Sequence record: NC_054910.1
DNA from: Escherichia phage EcNP1
Reading direction: 5' to 3' (one strand)
Length of the DNA stretch: 64,000 bases
Shown: piece by piece, positions 23,123 through 34,364 of the stretch
Position numbering within the stretch: the stretch's first letter is position 1
Layout of the letters: every line of letters starts with the position of its first letter
Notes under the pieces: generated by a model
Databases searched by the model: none
Told to the model about the DNA's origin: nothing
The model's input: only the letters and a program-made list of their open reading frames with translations
Position numbers and translations under genes: made by a program

Positions 23123-24040
23123 TCAAAATTCATTAATGCTATTAGTTAATTTAGAAAGACCCGCTTTTACAAAATATGAATAAATTTTGCCACGCGGTGG
23201 TAATTTATATGAATTATAGTAATTCACAATGTTTGAAGCAATATTATCAGGAATATAATCAAAATCAATTAGAACTAAATTTTCCTTATATCGATTATAT
23301 TCAGATTCAGTGAGAAGCGCCTTAGCTTGCTCACGGTCATTAGCAATAGCTTCAACAATAGAAGTTTTCATTGAAGGAGTTCGTTCACCTTCAACTCTGG
23401 TAAACCAAAAGTCAGATCGTACTTTAACTGAAGCGACGTTATCCTTTTTATCACCCTTAAGAATTTTAGTCATGCAGTCAATTTCAGCAGAACCGCTTTT
23501 AATTTTAACCCATTTCTTGTGCATCGGTGACCATTGCTTAACATTTGGATACTTATGAAGTTGGGTAAAGTCACCATCCGATGAAATGATTAAAATCTTA
23601 TGTCCTTCTAAAGAAAACTTTTTAACAAGAACAGCAATGTGATCATCTGCTTCATACTTATCAATATCCATAACAATGTATGGCATATAAGCTTTCAATT
23701 CATCTATAACTTTATGACTGGATTCAAAATAACCTTCCCAGTCCCAAGTAGATTCTTCTCGCGCTTTTCCACGGTTTTTCTTATAGTAATAAGCGAAATC
23801 ACGACGCCAGTATCCAGATTTCGCGTTATCGATACACAGTATAATTTTAGTGTATCCAAGAGTTTTTGCTTTTTTGACATTAAACTTAATTGAGTTCAAT
23901 ATCAAATGACGAACCATTGATAAATTAATTTTTTCTTTATCTGGGAAGTTTACCAAAGCAGTTGAAAGCGCAATTTGACTAAAGTCAATTAAGCAAATTC
24001 CTTCTTTGTAATCTTCATCCAGCATCATTTCTAAATCCAT
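23123..24040 (-). CDS. rnh: RNase H (5'-3' exonuclease, FEN-like)
   Basis: Track ORF trimmed to MDLEMMLDEDYKEGICLIDFSQ (305 aa) as in T4 RNase H. Confidence 0.93.
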   Translation of the reverse strand: MDLEMMLDEDYKEGICLIDFSQIALSTALVNFPDKEKINLSMVRHLILNSIKFNVKKAKTLGYTKIILCIDNAKSGYWRRDFAYYYKKNRGKAREESTWDWEGYFESSHKVIDELKAYMPYIVMDIDKYEADDHIAVLVKKFSLEGHKILIISSDGDFTQLHKYPNVKQWSPMHKKWVKIKSGSAEIDCMTKILKGDKKDNVASVKVRSDFWFTRVEGERTPSMKTSIVEAIANDREQAKALLTESEYNRYKENLVLIDFDYIPDNIASNIVNYYNSYKLPPRGKIYSYFVKAGLSKLTNSINEF

Positions 24041-24070
24041 ATGAACCTCGTTCAATTAGTGAGATTTCTA

Positions 24071-24099
24071 TTATATACCATCCGAATCTTAAAGTAAAC
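24071..24099 (-). promoter_or_regulatory. early promoter for rnh
   Basis: Minus strand GTTTAC, about 16-nt spacer, TGGTATATAAT; back-to-back with the gene 34 late promoter. Confidence 0.55.
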
Positions 24100-24102
24100 A
24101 AG

Positions 24103-24110
24103 TATAAATA
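24103..24110 (+). promoter_or_regulatory. late promoter TATAAATA for gene 34
   Basis: Exact TATAAATA about 35 nt upstream of gene 34 ATG. Confidence 0.6.
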
Positions 24111-24144
24111 CTTATTATTGAAAACACAATAGGAGCCCGGGAGA

Positions 24145-27100
24145 ATGGCCGAGATTAAAAGAAAGTTCAGAGCAGAAGACGGTCTGGACGCAGGTGGCGA
24201 TAAAATAATCAACGTAGCTTTAGCTGATCGTACCGTAGGAACTGACGGTGTTAACGTTGATTACTTAATTCAAGAAAACACAGTTCAACAATATGATCCA
24301 ACTCGTGGATATTTAAAAGATTTTGTAATCATTTATAATAATCGTTTTTGGGCAGCAACGGATAATATTCCAAAACCTGCTGGAAGTTTTAATAGAATTC
24401 GTTGGAAAGCATTACGTACTGATGCCGTATATACAACCGTATCATCTGGACCATATCAATTAAAATCCGGAGAAGCAATTTCAGTAGATACATCAGTTGG
24501 TAATGACATTGAGTTTAATTTACCACCTTCTCCGCTTGATGGAGAAACCGTAATAATTCAAGATATTGGTGGAAAACCTGGTATAAATCAGGTTAAAATA
24601 AATTCTTCAAATCAGAGTATTGTTAATTTTAGAGGTGAACAAGTACGTTCAGTTCTAATGACTCATCCAAAGTCACAGATGATATTCATTTTTAATAATC
24701 GTTTGTGGCAAATGTATGTTGCTGATTATAGCAGAGAAGCTGCGATTGTTACTCCATCGACTGCATATCAAGCACAATCTAATGATTTTATCGTGCGTAG
24801 ATTTACTTCCGCTGCGCCGATTAATATTAAACTTCCGAGATTTGCTAATCATGGCGATATTATTAATTTCGTTGATTTAGATAAATTAAATCCACTTTAT
24901 CATACAATTGTCACGACATATGATGAAACAACTTCAGTACAAGAAGTTGGAACTCATTCTATTGAAGGCCGTACATCAATTGACGGTTTCTTGATGTTTG
25001 ATGATAATGAAAAATTATGGAGATTGTTTGACGGGGATAGTAAAGCACGTTTACGCATTATAACAACTAATTCTAATATTCGTCCAAATGAAGAAGTTAT
25101 GGTATTTGGTGCGAATAACGGAACAGCCCAAACAATTGAACTTCAACTTCCAACCGATATTTCCATTGGTGATACTGTTAAAATTTCCATGAATTACATG
25201 AGAAAAGGACAAACAGTTAAAATCAAAGCTGCCGGTGAAGATAAAATTGCTTCTTCAGTTCAATTGCTGCAATTCCCAAAACGTTCAGAATATCCGCCTG
25301 AAGCTGAATGGGTGACTGTCCAAGAATTAGTTTTCAATGGTGAAACTAATTATGTTCCGGTTTTACAACTTGCTTATATAGAAGATTCTGACGGAAAATA
25401 CTGGGTTGTACAACAAAACGTTCCAACGGTTGAAAGAGTCGATTCTTTAAATAATTCTACTAGAGCAAGATTAGGCGTAATTGCTTTAGCTACACAAGCT
25501 CAAGCTAACGTCGATTTAGAAAATTCTCCACAAAAAGAATTAGCAATTACACCAGAAACATTAGCTAACCGTACTGCTACAGAAACTCGTAGAGGTATCG
25601 CAAGAATAGCAACTACTGCTCAAGTGAATCAGAACACCACATTCTCTTTTGCTGATGATATTATCGTCACTCCTAAAAAGCTGAATGAAAGAACTGCTAC
25701 AGAAACTCGTAGAGGTGTTGCTGAAATTGCTACACAGCAAGAAACTAATGCAGGTACTGATGATACTACAATCATCACTCCTAAAAAGCTTCAAGCTCGT
25801 CAAGGTTCTGAATCATTATCTGGTATTGTAACCTTTGTATCTACTGCAGGAGCTACTCCAGCTTCTAGTCGTGAATTAAATGGTACAAATGTTTATAATA
25901 AAAACACTAATAATTTAGTTGTTTCGCCTAAAGCTTTGGATCAGTATAAAGCTACTCCAACGCAACAAGGTGCAGTAATTTTAGCAGTTGAAAGTGAAGT
26001 AATTGCTGGACAAAGCCAAGAAGGATGGGCAAATGCGGTTGTAACGCCAGAAACGTTACATAAAAAGACATCAACTGATGGAAGAATTGGTTTAATCGAA
26101 ATTGCTACGCAAAGTGAAGTTAATACAGGAACTGATTATACTCGTGCAGTCACTCCTAAAACTTTAAATGACCGTAAAGCAACTGAAAGTTTAAGTGGTA
26201 TAGCTGAAATTGCTACGCAAGTTGAATTCGACGCAGGCGTCGACGATACTCGTATCTCTACACCATTAAAAATTAAAACTAGATTTGATAGTACTGATCG
26301 TACTTCTGTTGTTGCTCTATCTGGATTAGTTGAATCAGGAACTCTCTGGGACCATTATACCCTTAATATTCTTGAAGCAAATGAGACACAACGTGGTACA
26401 CTTCGTGTAGCTACACAAGTTGAAGCTGCTGCAGGAACATTGGATAATGTTCTAATAACTCCTAAAAAGCTTTTAGGTACTAAATCTACCGAATCGCAGG
26501 AAGGTGTTATTAAAGTTGCAACTCGGTCTGAAACTGTAGCTGGAACGTCAGCAAATACTGCTGTATCTCCAAAAAATTTAAAATGGATTGTGCAGAGTGA
26601 ACCTACTTGGGCAGCTACTACTGCGATAAGAGGTTTTGTTAAAACCTCATCTGGTTCAATTACGTTCGTTGGTAATGATACAGCGGGTTCTACGCAGGAC
26701 TTAGAACTATATGAGAAAAATAACTATGCAGTATCACCATATGAATTAAACCGCGTATTAGCAAATTATTTGCCGTTAAAAGCAAAAGCTGTAGATAGTA
26801 ATTTATTAGATGGTTTAGATTCACTCCAGTTCATTCGTAGGGATATTGCGCAGACGGTTAATGGTTCACTAACCTTAACGCAACAAACGAATCTGAGTGC
26901 CCCTCTTGTATCATCTAGTACTGCTACGTTTGGTGGATCAGTTTCGGCAAATAGTACATTAACTATTTCTAATACTGGAACGGCAACTCGTCTGATTTTT
27001 GAGAAAGGACCTCAAACTGGGACGAACCCAGCTCAAACGATGACAGTCAGAGTGTGGGGAAATCAATTCAGCGGTGAATCGGACACAACACGTTCTACTG

Positions 27101-28014
27101 TATTTGAAGTTAGTGATGAAACGTCTAGTCACTTTTATTCTCAGCGTAATAAAGCTGGTAATATAACATTTAATATCAATGGTACAGTAACACCGATAAA
27201 TGTGAATGCTTCAGGCACATTGAATGTGAATGGCGTAGCAACATTCGGCAGTTCGGTTACTGCTAATGGCGAATTTATCAGTAAATCATCGAATGCTTTT
27301 AGAGCAATAAACGGTGATTATGGATTCTTTATTCGTAATGATGGTGCTAACACCTATTTTATGCTTACTGCATCGGGTGATCAGACCGGTGGATTTAATG
27401 GATTACGTCCTTTAACTATTAATAATGCATCTGGTCAAGTAACGATTGGTGAAAGCTTAATCATTGCCAAAGGTGCTACTATAAGTTCAGGTGGTTTAAC
27501 TGTTAACTCGAGAATTCGTTCTCAGGGTACTAAAACCTCTGATTTATATACCCGTGCGCCAACATCTGATACTGTAGGATTCTGGTCAATCGATATTAAT
27601 GATTCAGCCACTTATAACCAGTTCCCGGGTTATTTTAAAATGGTTGAAAAAACTAATGAAGTGACTGGACTTCCATACTTAGAACGTGGCGAAGAAGTTA
27701 AATCTCCTGGTACATTGACTCAGTTTGGTAACACACTTGATTCGCTTTACCAAGATTGGATTACTTATCCAACTACCCCAGAAGCACGTACCACTCGCTG
27801 GACACGTACATGGCAGAAAACCAAAAACTCTTGGTCAAGTTTTGTTCAGGTATTTGACGGAGGTAACCCTCCTCAACCTTCAGATATAGGAGCGATCCCA
27901 TCTGATAATGGAATAATAGGTAATCTTACTATTCGCGATTTCTTGCGAATTGGTAATGTTCGCATTATTCCTGACCCAGTGAATAAAACTGTTAAATTTG
28001 AGTGGATTGAATAA
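24145..28014 (+). CDS. 34: long tail fibre proximal subunit gp34
   Basis: 1289 aa (T4 gp34 length), MAEIKRKFRAEDGLDAGGDKIINVALADRTVGTDG; TATAAATA late promoter upstream. Confidence 0.95.
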   Translation: MAEIKRKFRAEDGLDAGGDKIINVALADRTVGTDGVNVDYLIQENTVQQYDPTRGYLKDFVIIYNNRFWAATDNIPKPAGSFNRIRWKALRTDAVYTTVSSGPYQLKSGEAISVDTSVGNDIEFNLPPSPLDGETVIIQDIGGKPGINQVKINSSNQSIVNFRGEQVRSVLMTHPKSQMIFIFNNRLWQMYVADYSREAAIVTPSTAYQAQSNDFIVRRFTSAAPINIKLPRFANHGDIINFVDLDKLNPLYHTIVTTYDETTSVQEVGTHSIEGRTSIDGFLMFDDNEKLWRLFDGDSKARLRIITTNSNIRPNEEVMVFGANNGTAQTIELQLPTDISIGDTVKISMNYMRKGQTVKIKAAGEDKIASSVQLLQFPKRSEYPPEAEWVTVQELVFNGETNYVPVLQLAYIEDSDGKYWVVQQNVPTVERVDSLNNSTRARLGVIALATQAQANVDLENSPQKELAITPETLANRTATETRRGIARIATTAQVNQNTTFSFADDIIVTPKKLNERTATETRRGVAEIATQQETNAGTDDTTIITPKKLQARQGSESLSGIVTFVSTAGATPASSRELNGTNVYNKNTNNLVVSPKALDQYKATPTQQGAVILAVESEVIAGQSQEGWANAVVTPETLHKKTSTDGRIGLIEIATQSEVNTGTDYTRAVTPKTLNDRKATESLSGIAEIATQVEFDAGVDDTRISTPLKIKTRFDSTDRTSVVALSGLVESGTLWDHYTLNILEANETQRGTLRVATQVEAAAGTLDNVLITPKKLLGTKSTESQEGVIKVATRSETVAGTSANTAVSPKNLKWIVQSEPTWAATTAIRGFVKTSSGSITFVGNDTAGSTQDLELYEKNNYAVSPYELNRVLANYLPLKAKAVDSNLLDGLDSLQFIRRDIAQTVNGSLTLTQQTNLSAPLVSSSTATFGGSVSANSTLTISNTGTATRLIFEKGPQTGTNPAQTMTVRVWGNQFSGESDTTRSTVFEVSDETSSHFYSQRNKAGNITFNINGTVTPINVNASGTLNVNGVATFGSSVTANGEFISKSSNAFRAINGDYGFFIRNDGANTYFMLTASGDQTGGFNGLRPLTINNASGQVTIGESLIIAKGATISSGGLTVNSRIRSQGTKTSDLYTRAPTSDTVGFWSIDINDSATYNQFPGYFKMVEKTNEVTGLPYLERGEEVKSPGTLTQFGNTLDSLYQDWITYPTTPEARTTRWTRTWQKTKNSWSSFVQVFDGGNPPQPSDIGAIPSDNGIIGNLTIRDFLRIGNVRIIPDPVNKTVKFEWIE

Positions 28015-28022
28015 GAGGTATT

Positions 28023-29138
28023 ATGGAAAAATTTATGGCAGAGTTTGGACAAGGATATGTCCAAACGCCATTTTTATCGGAAAGTAATTCAGTAAGATAC
28101 AAAATAAGCATAGCGGGTTCTTGCCCGCTTTCTACAGCAGGACCATATGTTAAATTTCAGGATAACCCTGTCGGAAATCAAACATTTAGTGCAGGTCTTC
28201 ATTTAAGAGTTTTTGACCCTTCAACAGGAGCATTAGTTGATAGTAAGTCATATGCTTTTTCTACTTCAAATAATACTACATCAGCTGCTTTTGTTAGTTT
28301 CATGAATTCTTTGTCAAACAATAGACTTGTTGCTATATTAACTAGCGGAAAGGTTAATTTTCCTCCTGAAGTGGTATCTTGGTTAAGGGGAGCAGGAACT
28401 TCAGTTTTTCCATCAGATTCAGTATTGTCAAGATTTGACGTATCATATGCTGCTTTTTATACTTCTTCTAAAAGAGCTATTGCATTAGAGCATGTTAAAC
28501 TAAGTAATAGAAAAAGCACAGATGATTATCAAACTATTTTAGATGTTGTATTTGATAGTTTAGAAGACGTCGGAGCTACGGGATTTCCTAAAAGAACATA
28601 TGAAAGTGTCGAGCAATTTATGTCAGCGGTTGGTGGAACTAATAACGAAATTGCGCGATTGCCAACTTCAGCTGCTATAAGTAAACTTTCTGACTATAAT
28701 TTAATTCCTGGTGATGTTCTTTATCTTAAAGCACAGTTATATGCTGATGCTGATTTACTTGATCTTGGAACTACAAACATATCCATTCGTTTTTATGATG
28801 CATCAAATGGTTATATTTCCTCTACCCAAGCTGAATTTACTGGGCAAGCTGGGTCTTGGGAATTAAAGGAAGATTATGTAGTTGTTCCTGAAAATGCAGT
28901 CGGATTTACTATATATGCGCAGAGAACTGCTCAAGCTGGTCAAGGAGGAATGAGGAATTTAAGCTTTTCTGAAGTATCAAGAAATGGCGGCATTTCAAAA
29001 CCTGCCGAATTTGGCGTCAACGGTATTCGCGTTAATTATGTCTGTGAATCGGCTTCACCTCCAGATATAATGGTACTTCCTACACAAGCCTCTTCTAAAA
29101 CTGGCAAAGTGTTTGGGCAAGAATTTAGAGAAGTTTAA
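28023..29138 (+). CDS. 35: long tail fibre hinge protein gp35
   Basis: 371 aa, position and size match gp35. Confidence 0.9.
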   Translation: MEKFMAEFGQGYVQTPFLSESNSVRYKISIAGSCPLSTAGPYVKFQDNPVGNQTFSAGLHLRVFDPSTGALVDSKSYAFSTSNNTTSAAFVSFMNSLSNNRLVAILTSGKVNFPPEVVSWLRGAGTSVFPSDSVLSRFDVSYAAFYTSSKRAIALEHVKLSNRKSTDDYQTILDVVFDSLEDVGATGFPKRTYESVEQFMSAVGGTNNEIARLPTSAAISKLSDYNLIPGDVLYLKAQLYADADLLDLGTTNISIRFYDASNGYISSTQAEFTGQAGSWELKEDYVVVPENAVGFTIYAQRTAQAGQGGMRNLSFSEVSRNGGISKPAEFGVNGIRVNYVCESASPPDIMVLPTQASSKTGKVFGQEFREV

Positions 29139-29143
29139 ACTGA

Positions 29144-29170
29144 GGGAGCCTTTGGGTTCCCTTTTTCTTT
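29144..29170 (+). terminator. terminator-like hairpin after gene 35
   Basis: Imperfect stem GGGAGCC-UUUG-GGUUCCC followed by UUUUUCUUU, between gene 35 stop and the gene 36 late promoter. Confidence 0.5.
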
Positions 29171-29177
29171 ATAAATA
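29170..29177 (+). promoter_or_regulatory. late promoter TATAAATA for gene 36
   Basis: Exact TATAAATA about 24 nt upstream of gene 36 ATG, right after a terminator-like hairpin. Confidence 0.6.
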
Positions 29178-29200
29178 ATATTAAAATAAAGGGGCATATA

Positions 29201-29851
29201 ATGGCTGATTTAAAAGTAGGTTCAACTGTGGGTGGATCTGTCATTTGGCATCAAGGAAATTTTCCATTGAATTCAGCCGGTGACGATGTACTCTACAAAT
29301 CATTTAAAATATATTCAGAATATAATAAACCGCAGGCAGCTGATAACGATTTCGTTTCTAAAGCTAATGGTGGTACTTACACCGGTCCAATTACTATTAA
29401 TTACGGGGTAAATAGTTATCTTCAATTAAGTAATAATGAAACCCCTATCCGAATTCGTTCTGGTGGCGGCACCGGTAATACTCTTGTAATTGGTGGATCT
29501 TCTGGTGGTATTAGTTTTAGACCTGCAGGTAGTGAAATCACTACTGGACAAATTACTATTACGCCAGAAGGTTTGACAACATTCACCAAAGCTGTAAAGG
29601 CTCCATCTGTAACTGTTACATCTACTCCTTCCGCAGCATCAGATGCTACTCGTAAAGATTATGTTGATGGAGCAATAAATACTGTTACAGCAAATGCAAA
29701 CTCTAGAGTGTTACGATCTGGTGACACCATGACAGGAAATTTAACTGCGCCAAACCTTTTTTCACAGAATCCTGCATCTCAACCTTCACACGTTCCACGA
29801 TTTGACCAAATCGTAATTAAGGATTCTGTTCAAGATTTCGGCTATTATTAA
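29201..29851 (+). CDS. 36: long tail fibre distal connector gp36
   Basis: 216 aa, [38 protein letters not shown]; late promoter at 29170. Confidence 0.92.
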   Translation: MADLKVGSTVGGSVIWHQGNFPLNSAGDDVLYKSFKIYSEYNKPQAADNDFVSKANGGTYTGPITINYGVNSYLQLSNNETPIRIRSGGGTGNTLVIGGSSGGISFRPAGSEITTGQITITPEGLTTFTKAVKAPSVTVTSTPSAASDATRKDYVDGAINTVTANANSRVLRSGDTMTGNLTAPNLFSQNPASQPSHVPRFDQIVIKDSVQDFGYY

Positions 29852-29859
29852 GAGGACTT

Positions 29860-32844
29860 ATGGCTACTTTAAAACAAATACAATTTAAAAGAAGCAAAAC
29901 TGCAGGTCAACTTCCTGCCGCTTCAGTATTAGCCGAAGGTGAATTGGCTATTAATTTAAAAGATAAAACAATTTTCACAAAAGATGACTCAGGCAATGTT
30001 ATAGAATTAGGTTTAAAATATGGAGGAACAATTGATGGTTCTTTAACTGTTAATGGAAATATAATTGGAAATTTAACAGGTAACGCTGCAACTGCAACCA
30101 AATTAAAAACAGCACGAAAAATTAATGGTATATCCTTTGATGGGTCAAAAGATATCACGCTAACTCCATCCGACATAAATGTCAATAGCACAACGTTTAT
30201 AAAAAATAACGGCGAATTACCTGTTGATGCTAATTTAGATACGTATGGGCCTGTTGAAGAATATCTTGGAGTTTGGTCGAAAGCAACTTCAACCAACGCT
30301 CAACCAGCAAATAAATTTCCAGAAGACAATGCTGTAGGTGTGCTAGAAGTATTTGTGGCCGGTCAATTTGCTGGTACTCAGAGATATACAACTAGATACG
30401 GAAATGTTTATATTCGTTCCTTGACTGCTACATGGAACGGAGTAAATGGTCCGTGGAGTGTGTGGCGAAATATTCAATCTGGTACTCGTCCACTGTCAAC
30501 AACAATTGATCTTAATGATCTAGGAGGCGCTGAACACTTTGGTTTGTGGCGAAATAGTTCAAATTCCATTGCTACATTTGACAGAAATTTCCCAGAAGAG
30601 GGGTCGTCAGCTCAAGGTCTTTTGGAAGTATATGAAGGTGGAAACTATTCTCGTACACAAAGATATACAACCAGATTTGGTGTTGTTTATACTCGTTGTC
30701 TTGCTGCCGCGTGGGATTCTACTGCGCCTAAATGGGGACCGTGGCAACAAGTCGGTAATGTCACACCAGCGACTTTTTATGATGGAGATCTGAATGATTT
30801 TAAAACTCCTGGGTTATATAATATTTTAGGCACTGATGCCGTTATTAATTGTCCTACAGGCGAAGGTTTACCAGCCGTTATTGTTGGTTTGCTGGAAGTT
30901 AAACAGCGTGCTTCTGGTGGTGCTATTTTCCAAAAATTTACTACTGCCGGAACAGGTGCAACTACCCGCGATCGTATTTTTGAGCGCGCATATACCGGCG
31001 GTGTGTGGGGTGAATGGAACGAAGTATACACATCTTATTCTCTACCAATTACTTTGGGTATGGGCGGTATTAAATCTAACTTAGCAGAGTTAGACTGGCA
31101 AACATTTGATTTTGTTCCTGGTAGTATGTTTAGCGTTCCTTTGAACAAAATAAAGAACATGCCAGCTAATATGGATTGGGGTACGATTGACGGAAACTTA
31201 ATTATGTTTTCTGTTGGTCCTAGCGAGCACACCAGCACAGGACGTACTGTTCAGGTTTGGCGTGGTACTGTATCCCAGACAAACTACCGTTATTTTGTCG
31301 TTCGTGTATTCGGTAATTCAGGAAATAGAACTTGCACAGTTCGTCGCGTTGTTCTTGAAGATGGTCGCCACAAATGGACAGCGCAACAAGATTTTAATGG
31401 CGCAGTTAACTTCGGTGCTCCTACCAATTTTAACTCTACTGTTAACCTTAATAACACTACCACTTTTAAAACAGAAGTTAAATTTCGCTCATTGAATGCA
31501 TTCCGTATGTATGGCGGAAAATTTGGTACAATTTTCCGTAATGATGGAGAGAGTCTTTATATTCTTTCCACCGACGAAGATGACCAAGATGGAAACTTTA
31601 ATACAAATAGACCTTTCCGTTATGAATTGAGAACTGGCGATGTTACTTTAGGCGGTACTAGTGGTGCTAACGTTTTAAAATTAAAACGTGATTCTCTCAC
31701 CGCATTTTTTGGCGGTGATATTAACATGAAAGGCGTGCTGACTTTTGACGCCGGACGTTTAGGATCACGAGATTATTTTAAATTTAACCATTGGGGTGAT
31801 AGTAATAATGCGCGTGATAACATTATTCAGTTAGAAGACAGCAAAGGCGCTCATTTTTCCACTGAACGTACTTTAGCGACTGGTGCAATTAAGACTAAAT
31901 TTTTTGGTGAAATTGAATCCGATGGTAAATTGGTTATTAAACGTCCGGGTGATTCTATTGTATTATCAACAACTGCTAGTAATTCTTTGCATATTCGTGG
32001 TGACATAGACGGGACTGGTAACTGGTATATTGGTAAGGGTGGTGCTGATAATGGATTAGCGTTATATAGTTATGCTACTAATGCTGGTGTATACATTACA
32101 AACGCAGGAGATATCACGCTAAGTCCAAAAGGCGTCGAAATGGCTCATGTTAATAACGTTCGATTATATGTTCATGGTGAACGTTGGACTGCTAGTCAAC
32201 CAGGTGATTGGGGTAGTCAGTGGCAAGTGGAAGCGCCAATATTCGTCGATCATGGTTATGTTTCACAGGATTGTTATTATCCAATTATTAAAGGAAGAAG
32301 TGTAATCACCAATCAAGGGTTTGTAACTGCCGTCGATCTTGGTATTCGTCGTGTCAATAACAATTGGGGACAAGCAATTATTCGTGTTGGATCTGCGGAG
32401 GCATCGCCAGCGGCTGGACACCCTAACGCGGTATTTGAATTTCATTACGACGGTACTTTCTATTCTCCTGGTAATGGTAACTTTAACGATGTGTATATTC
32501 GTTCCGATGGTCGACTTAAGATCAATAAAGAAGAGTTAGAAAACGGAGCACTTGAAAAAGTTTGCCGACTGAAAGTTTATATTTACGATAAAGTTAAGTC
32601 TATTAAAGACCGTAGTGTTATTAAACGTGAAGTTGGTATTATTGCTCAGGACCTTGAAAAGGAATTACCGGAAGCTGTATCTAAAGTTGAAGTTGATGGA
32701 TCTGATGTTCTGACAATTTCTAACTCTGCTGTGAATGCTCTTTTAATTAAGGCTATTCAGGAAATGAGTGAAGAAATTAAAGAATTGAAAACGCCTTTCT
32801 TCACTAAAATTGCTCGCAAAATTAGTAATTATTTTAAATTCTAA
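29860..32844 (+). CDS. 37: long tail fibre distal subunit gp37 with C-terminal chaperone-like domain
   Basis: 994 aa; N-terminus [39 protein letters not shown] as gp36/gp37 family; C-terminal ~113 aa with SDGRLK motif. Confidence 0.92.
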   Translation: MATLKQIQFKRSKTAGQLPAASVLAEGELAINLKDKTIFTKDDSGNVIELGLKYGGTIDGSLTVNGNIIGNLTGNAATATKLKTARKINGISFDGSKDITLTPSDINVNSTTFIKNNGELPVDANLDTYGPVEEYLGVWSKATSTNAQPANKFPEDNAVGVLEVFVAGQFAGTQRYTTRYGNVYIRSLTATWNGVNGPWSVWRNIQSGTRPLSTTIDLNDLGGAEHFGLWRNSSNSIATFDRNFPEEGSSAQGLLEVYEGGNYSRTQRYTTRFGVVYTRCLAAAWDSTAPKWGPWQQVGNVTPATFYDGDLNDFKTPGLYNILGTDAVINCPTGEGLPAVIVGLLEVKQRASGGAIFQKFTTAGTGATTRDRIFERAYTGGVWGEWNEVYTSYSLPITLGMGGIKSNLAELDWQTFDFVPGSMFSVPLNKIKNMPANMDWGTIDGNLIMFSVGPSEHTSTGRTVQVWRGTVSQTNYRYFVVRVFGNSGNRTCTVRRVVLEDGRHKWTAQQDFNGAVNFGAPTNFNSTVNLNNTTTFKTEVKFRSLNAFRMYGGKFGTIFRNDGESLYILSTDEDDQDGNFNTNRPFRYELRTGDVTLGGTSGANVLKLKRDSLTAFFGGDINMKGVLTFDAGRLGSRDYFKFNHWGDSNNARDNIIQLEDSKGAHFSTERTLATGAIKTKFFGEIESDGKLVIKRPGDSIVLSTTASNSLHIRGDIDGTGNWYIGKGGADNGLALYSYATNAGVYITNAGDITLSPKGVEMAHVNNVRLYVHGERWTASQPGDWGSQWQVEAPIFVDHGYVSQDCYYPIIKGRSVITNQGFVTAVDLGIRRVNNNWGQAIIRVGSAEASPAAGHPNAVFEFHYDGTFYSPGNGNFNDVYIRSDGRLKINKEELENGALEKVCRLKVYIYDKVKSIKDRSVIKREVGIIAQDLEKELPEAVSKVEVDGSDVLTISNSAVNALLIKAIQEMSEEIKELKTPFFTKIARKISNYFKF

Positions 32845-32848
32845 CAAC

Positions 32849-32866
32849 AAGGGGCTTTGCCCCTTT
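32849..32866 (+). other. short GC hairpin between genes 37 and 38
   Basis: AGGGGC-UUU-GCCCCU followed by UUUGGAG and the gp38 ATG; weak terminator or RNA stability element. Confidence 0.4.
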
Positions 32867-32876
32867 GGAGAAAATT

Positions 32877-33677
32877 ATGGCAGTAGTTGGTGTTCCCGGC
32901 TGGATTGGAAGTTCATCCGTAAATGAAACAGGACAACGATGGATGAGTCAAGCGGCTGGTCAATTAAGATTGGGTGTTCCTTGCTGGATGAGCCAATTCG
33001 CCGGACGCTCAAGAGAGATTATTCATACCGTAACAGCAAACCATAACTTTAATGGTCAATGGTTCCGTGATAGGTGCTTTGAAGCTGGCGGTGCACCCAT
33101 TGTATTCAATATTGTTGGTGATATCGTTTCTTATTCTAAAGATGTGCCACTTTTCTTTATGTATGGGGATACGCCTAATGAATATGTTGTTCTTAATATT
33201 CATGGTGGTGTTCATATGTGGGGTCGTGGTGGTAATGGTGGATACACTCACTCAGGAGGCGACGGTAACGGTACACAAGGCGGTCATGTTATTCAAAATG
33301 ATATCGGTGGACGGCTTCGTATTTGGAACTACGGTGTTATAGCTGCTGGGGGTGGCGGCGGCGGTGGTATTGCATATCGTCCACACTCAGGGGCAAACTG
33401 GCAAGATATCGGTGGCGGCGGCGGTCGACCTTTCGGTGGTGCTGGCGGTGGCGGTTATTCCGGTGGTGCTGCTTCGTATGAAGGTCCGGGTGGTGGTTAT
33501 GACTATGGTAACGCACACTCCGGCGCAGGTGGTAATGCTGGTGCTGCTGGTCAGAATGCATGGTCTGACGGCGGTAAAGTTCTTAAAGTTGGTGTTGGTG
33601 GTGCGTCTGGTCATGCAGTGTTTGGGTCTTCTCCAACTTGGGGTGCTGTTGGAACAATTTACGGACCAAGAGTATAA
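32877..33677 (+). CDS. 38: T2-type receptor-binding adhesin gp38 (glycine-rich motifs)
   Basis: Track ORF starts at TTG; ATG at 32877 with GGAG RBS gives [13 protein letters not shown]; conserved N-domain then Gly-rich motifs ([28 protein letters not shown]) as in T2/T6 gp38. Confidence 0.9.
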   Translation: MAVVGVPGWIGSSSVNETGQRWMSQAAGQLRLGVPCWMSQFAGRSREIIHTVTANHNFNGQWFRDRCFEAGGAPIVFNIVGDIVSYSKDVPLFFMYGDTPNEYVVLNIHGGVHMWGRGGNGGYTHSGGDGNGTQGGHVIQNDIGGRLRIWNYGVIAAGGGGGGGIAYRPHSGANWQDIGGGGGRPFGGAGGGGYSGGAASYEGPGGGYDYGNAHSGAGGNAGAAGQNAWSDGGKVLKVGVGGASGHAVFGSSPTWGAVGTIYGPRV

Positions 33678-33682
33678 TTTGA

Positions 33683-33690
33683 ATAAATAT
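33683..33690 (+). promoter_or_regulatory. late-promoter-like AATAAATA upstream of t
   Basis: 7/8 match to TATAAATA about 18 nt upstream of holin ATG. Confidence 0.35.
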
Positions 33691-33707
33691 CCTTAAAAGG
33701 AGGGTCT

Positions 33708-34364
33708 ATGGCAGCACCTAGAATATCATTTTCGCCCTCTGATATTCTGTTGGGTGTTCTAGATCGCTTGTTCAAAGATAATGCTACCGGGAAAGTTCTT
33801 GCTTCCCGGGTAGCTGTCGTAATTCTTTTGTTTATAATGGCGATTGTTTGGTATAGGGGAGATAGTTTCTTTGAGTACTATAAGCAATCAAAGTATGAAA
33901 CATACAGCGAAATTATTGAAAAGGAAAGAAATGCACGCTTTGAATCTGTCGCCCTGGAACAACTCCAGATAGTTCATATATCATCTGAGGCAGACTTTAG
34001 TGCGGTGTATTCTTTCCGCCCTAAAAACTTAAACTATTTTGTTGATATTATAGCATATGAAGGAAAATTACCTTCAACAATAAGTGAAAAATCACTTGGA
34101 GGATATCCTGTTGATAAAACTATGGATGAATATGCAGTTCATTTAAATGGACGTCATTATTATTCCGACTCAAAATTTGCTTTTTTACCAACTAAAAAGC
34201 CTACTCCCGAAATAAATTACATGTACAGTTGTCCATATTTCAATTTGGATAATATCTATGCTGGAACAATAACCATGTACTGGTATAGAAATGATCATAT
34301 AAGTAATGACCGCCTTGAATCAATATGTTCTCAGGCGGCCAGAATATTAGGAAGGGCTAAATAA
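33708..34364 (+). CDS. t: holin T
   Basis: 218 aa, MAAPRISFSPSDILLGVLDRLFKDNATGKVLASRVAVVILLFIMAIVWYRGDSF; T4 holin length and single TM. Confidence 0.95.
   Translation: MAAPRISFSPSDILLGVLDRLFKDNATGKVLASRVAVVILLFIMAIVWYRGDSFFEYYKQSKYETYSEIIEKERNARFESVALEQLQIVHISSEADFSAVYSFRPKNLNYFVDIIAYEGKLPSTISEKSLGGYPVDKTMDEYAVHLNGRHYYSDSKFAFLPTKKPTPEINYMYSCPYFNLDNIYAGTITMYWYRNDHISNDRLESICSQAARILGRAK

Noticed and set aside
33009-33696. Several overlapping ORFs on both strands across gp38, including a His/Arg-rich 74-aa ORF.
   Set aside because: Frame artefacts of the repetitive GGN codon tracts encoding the gp38 glycine-rich motifs.
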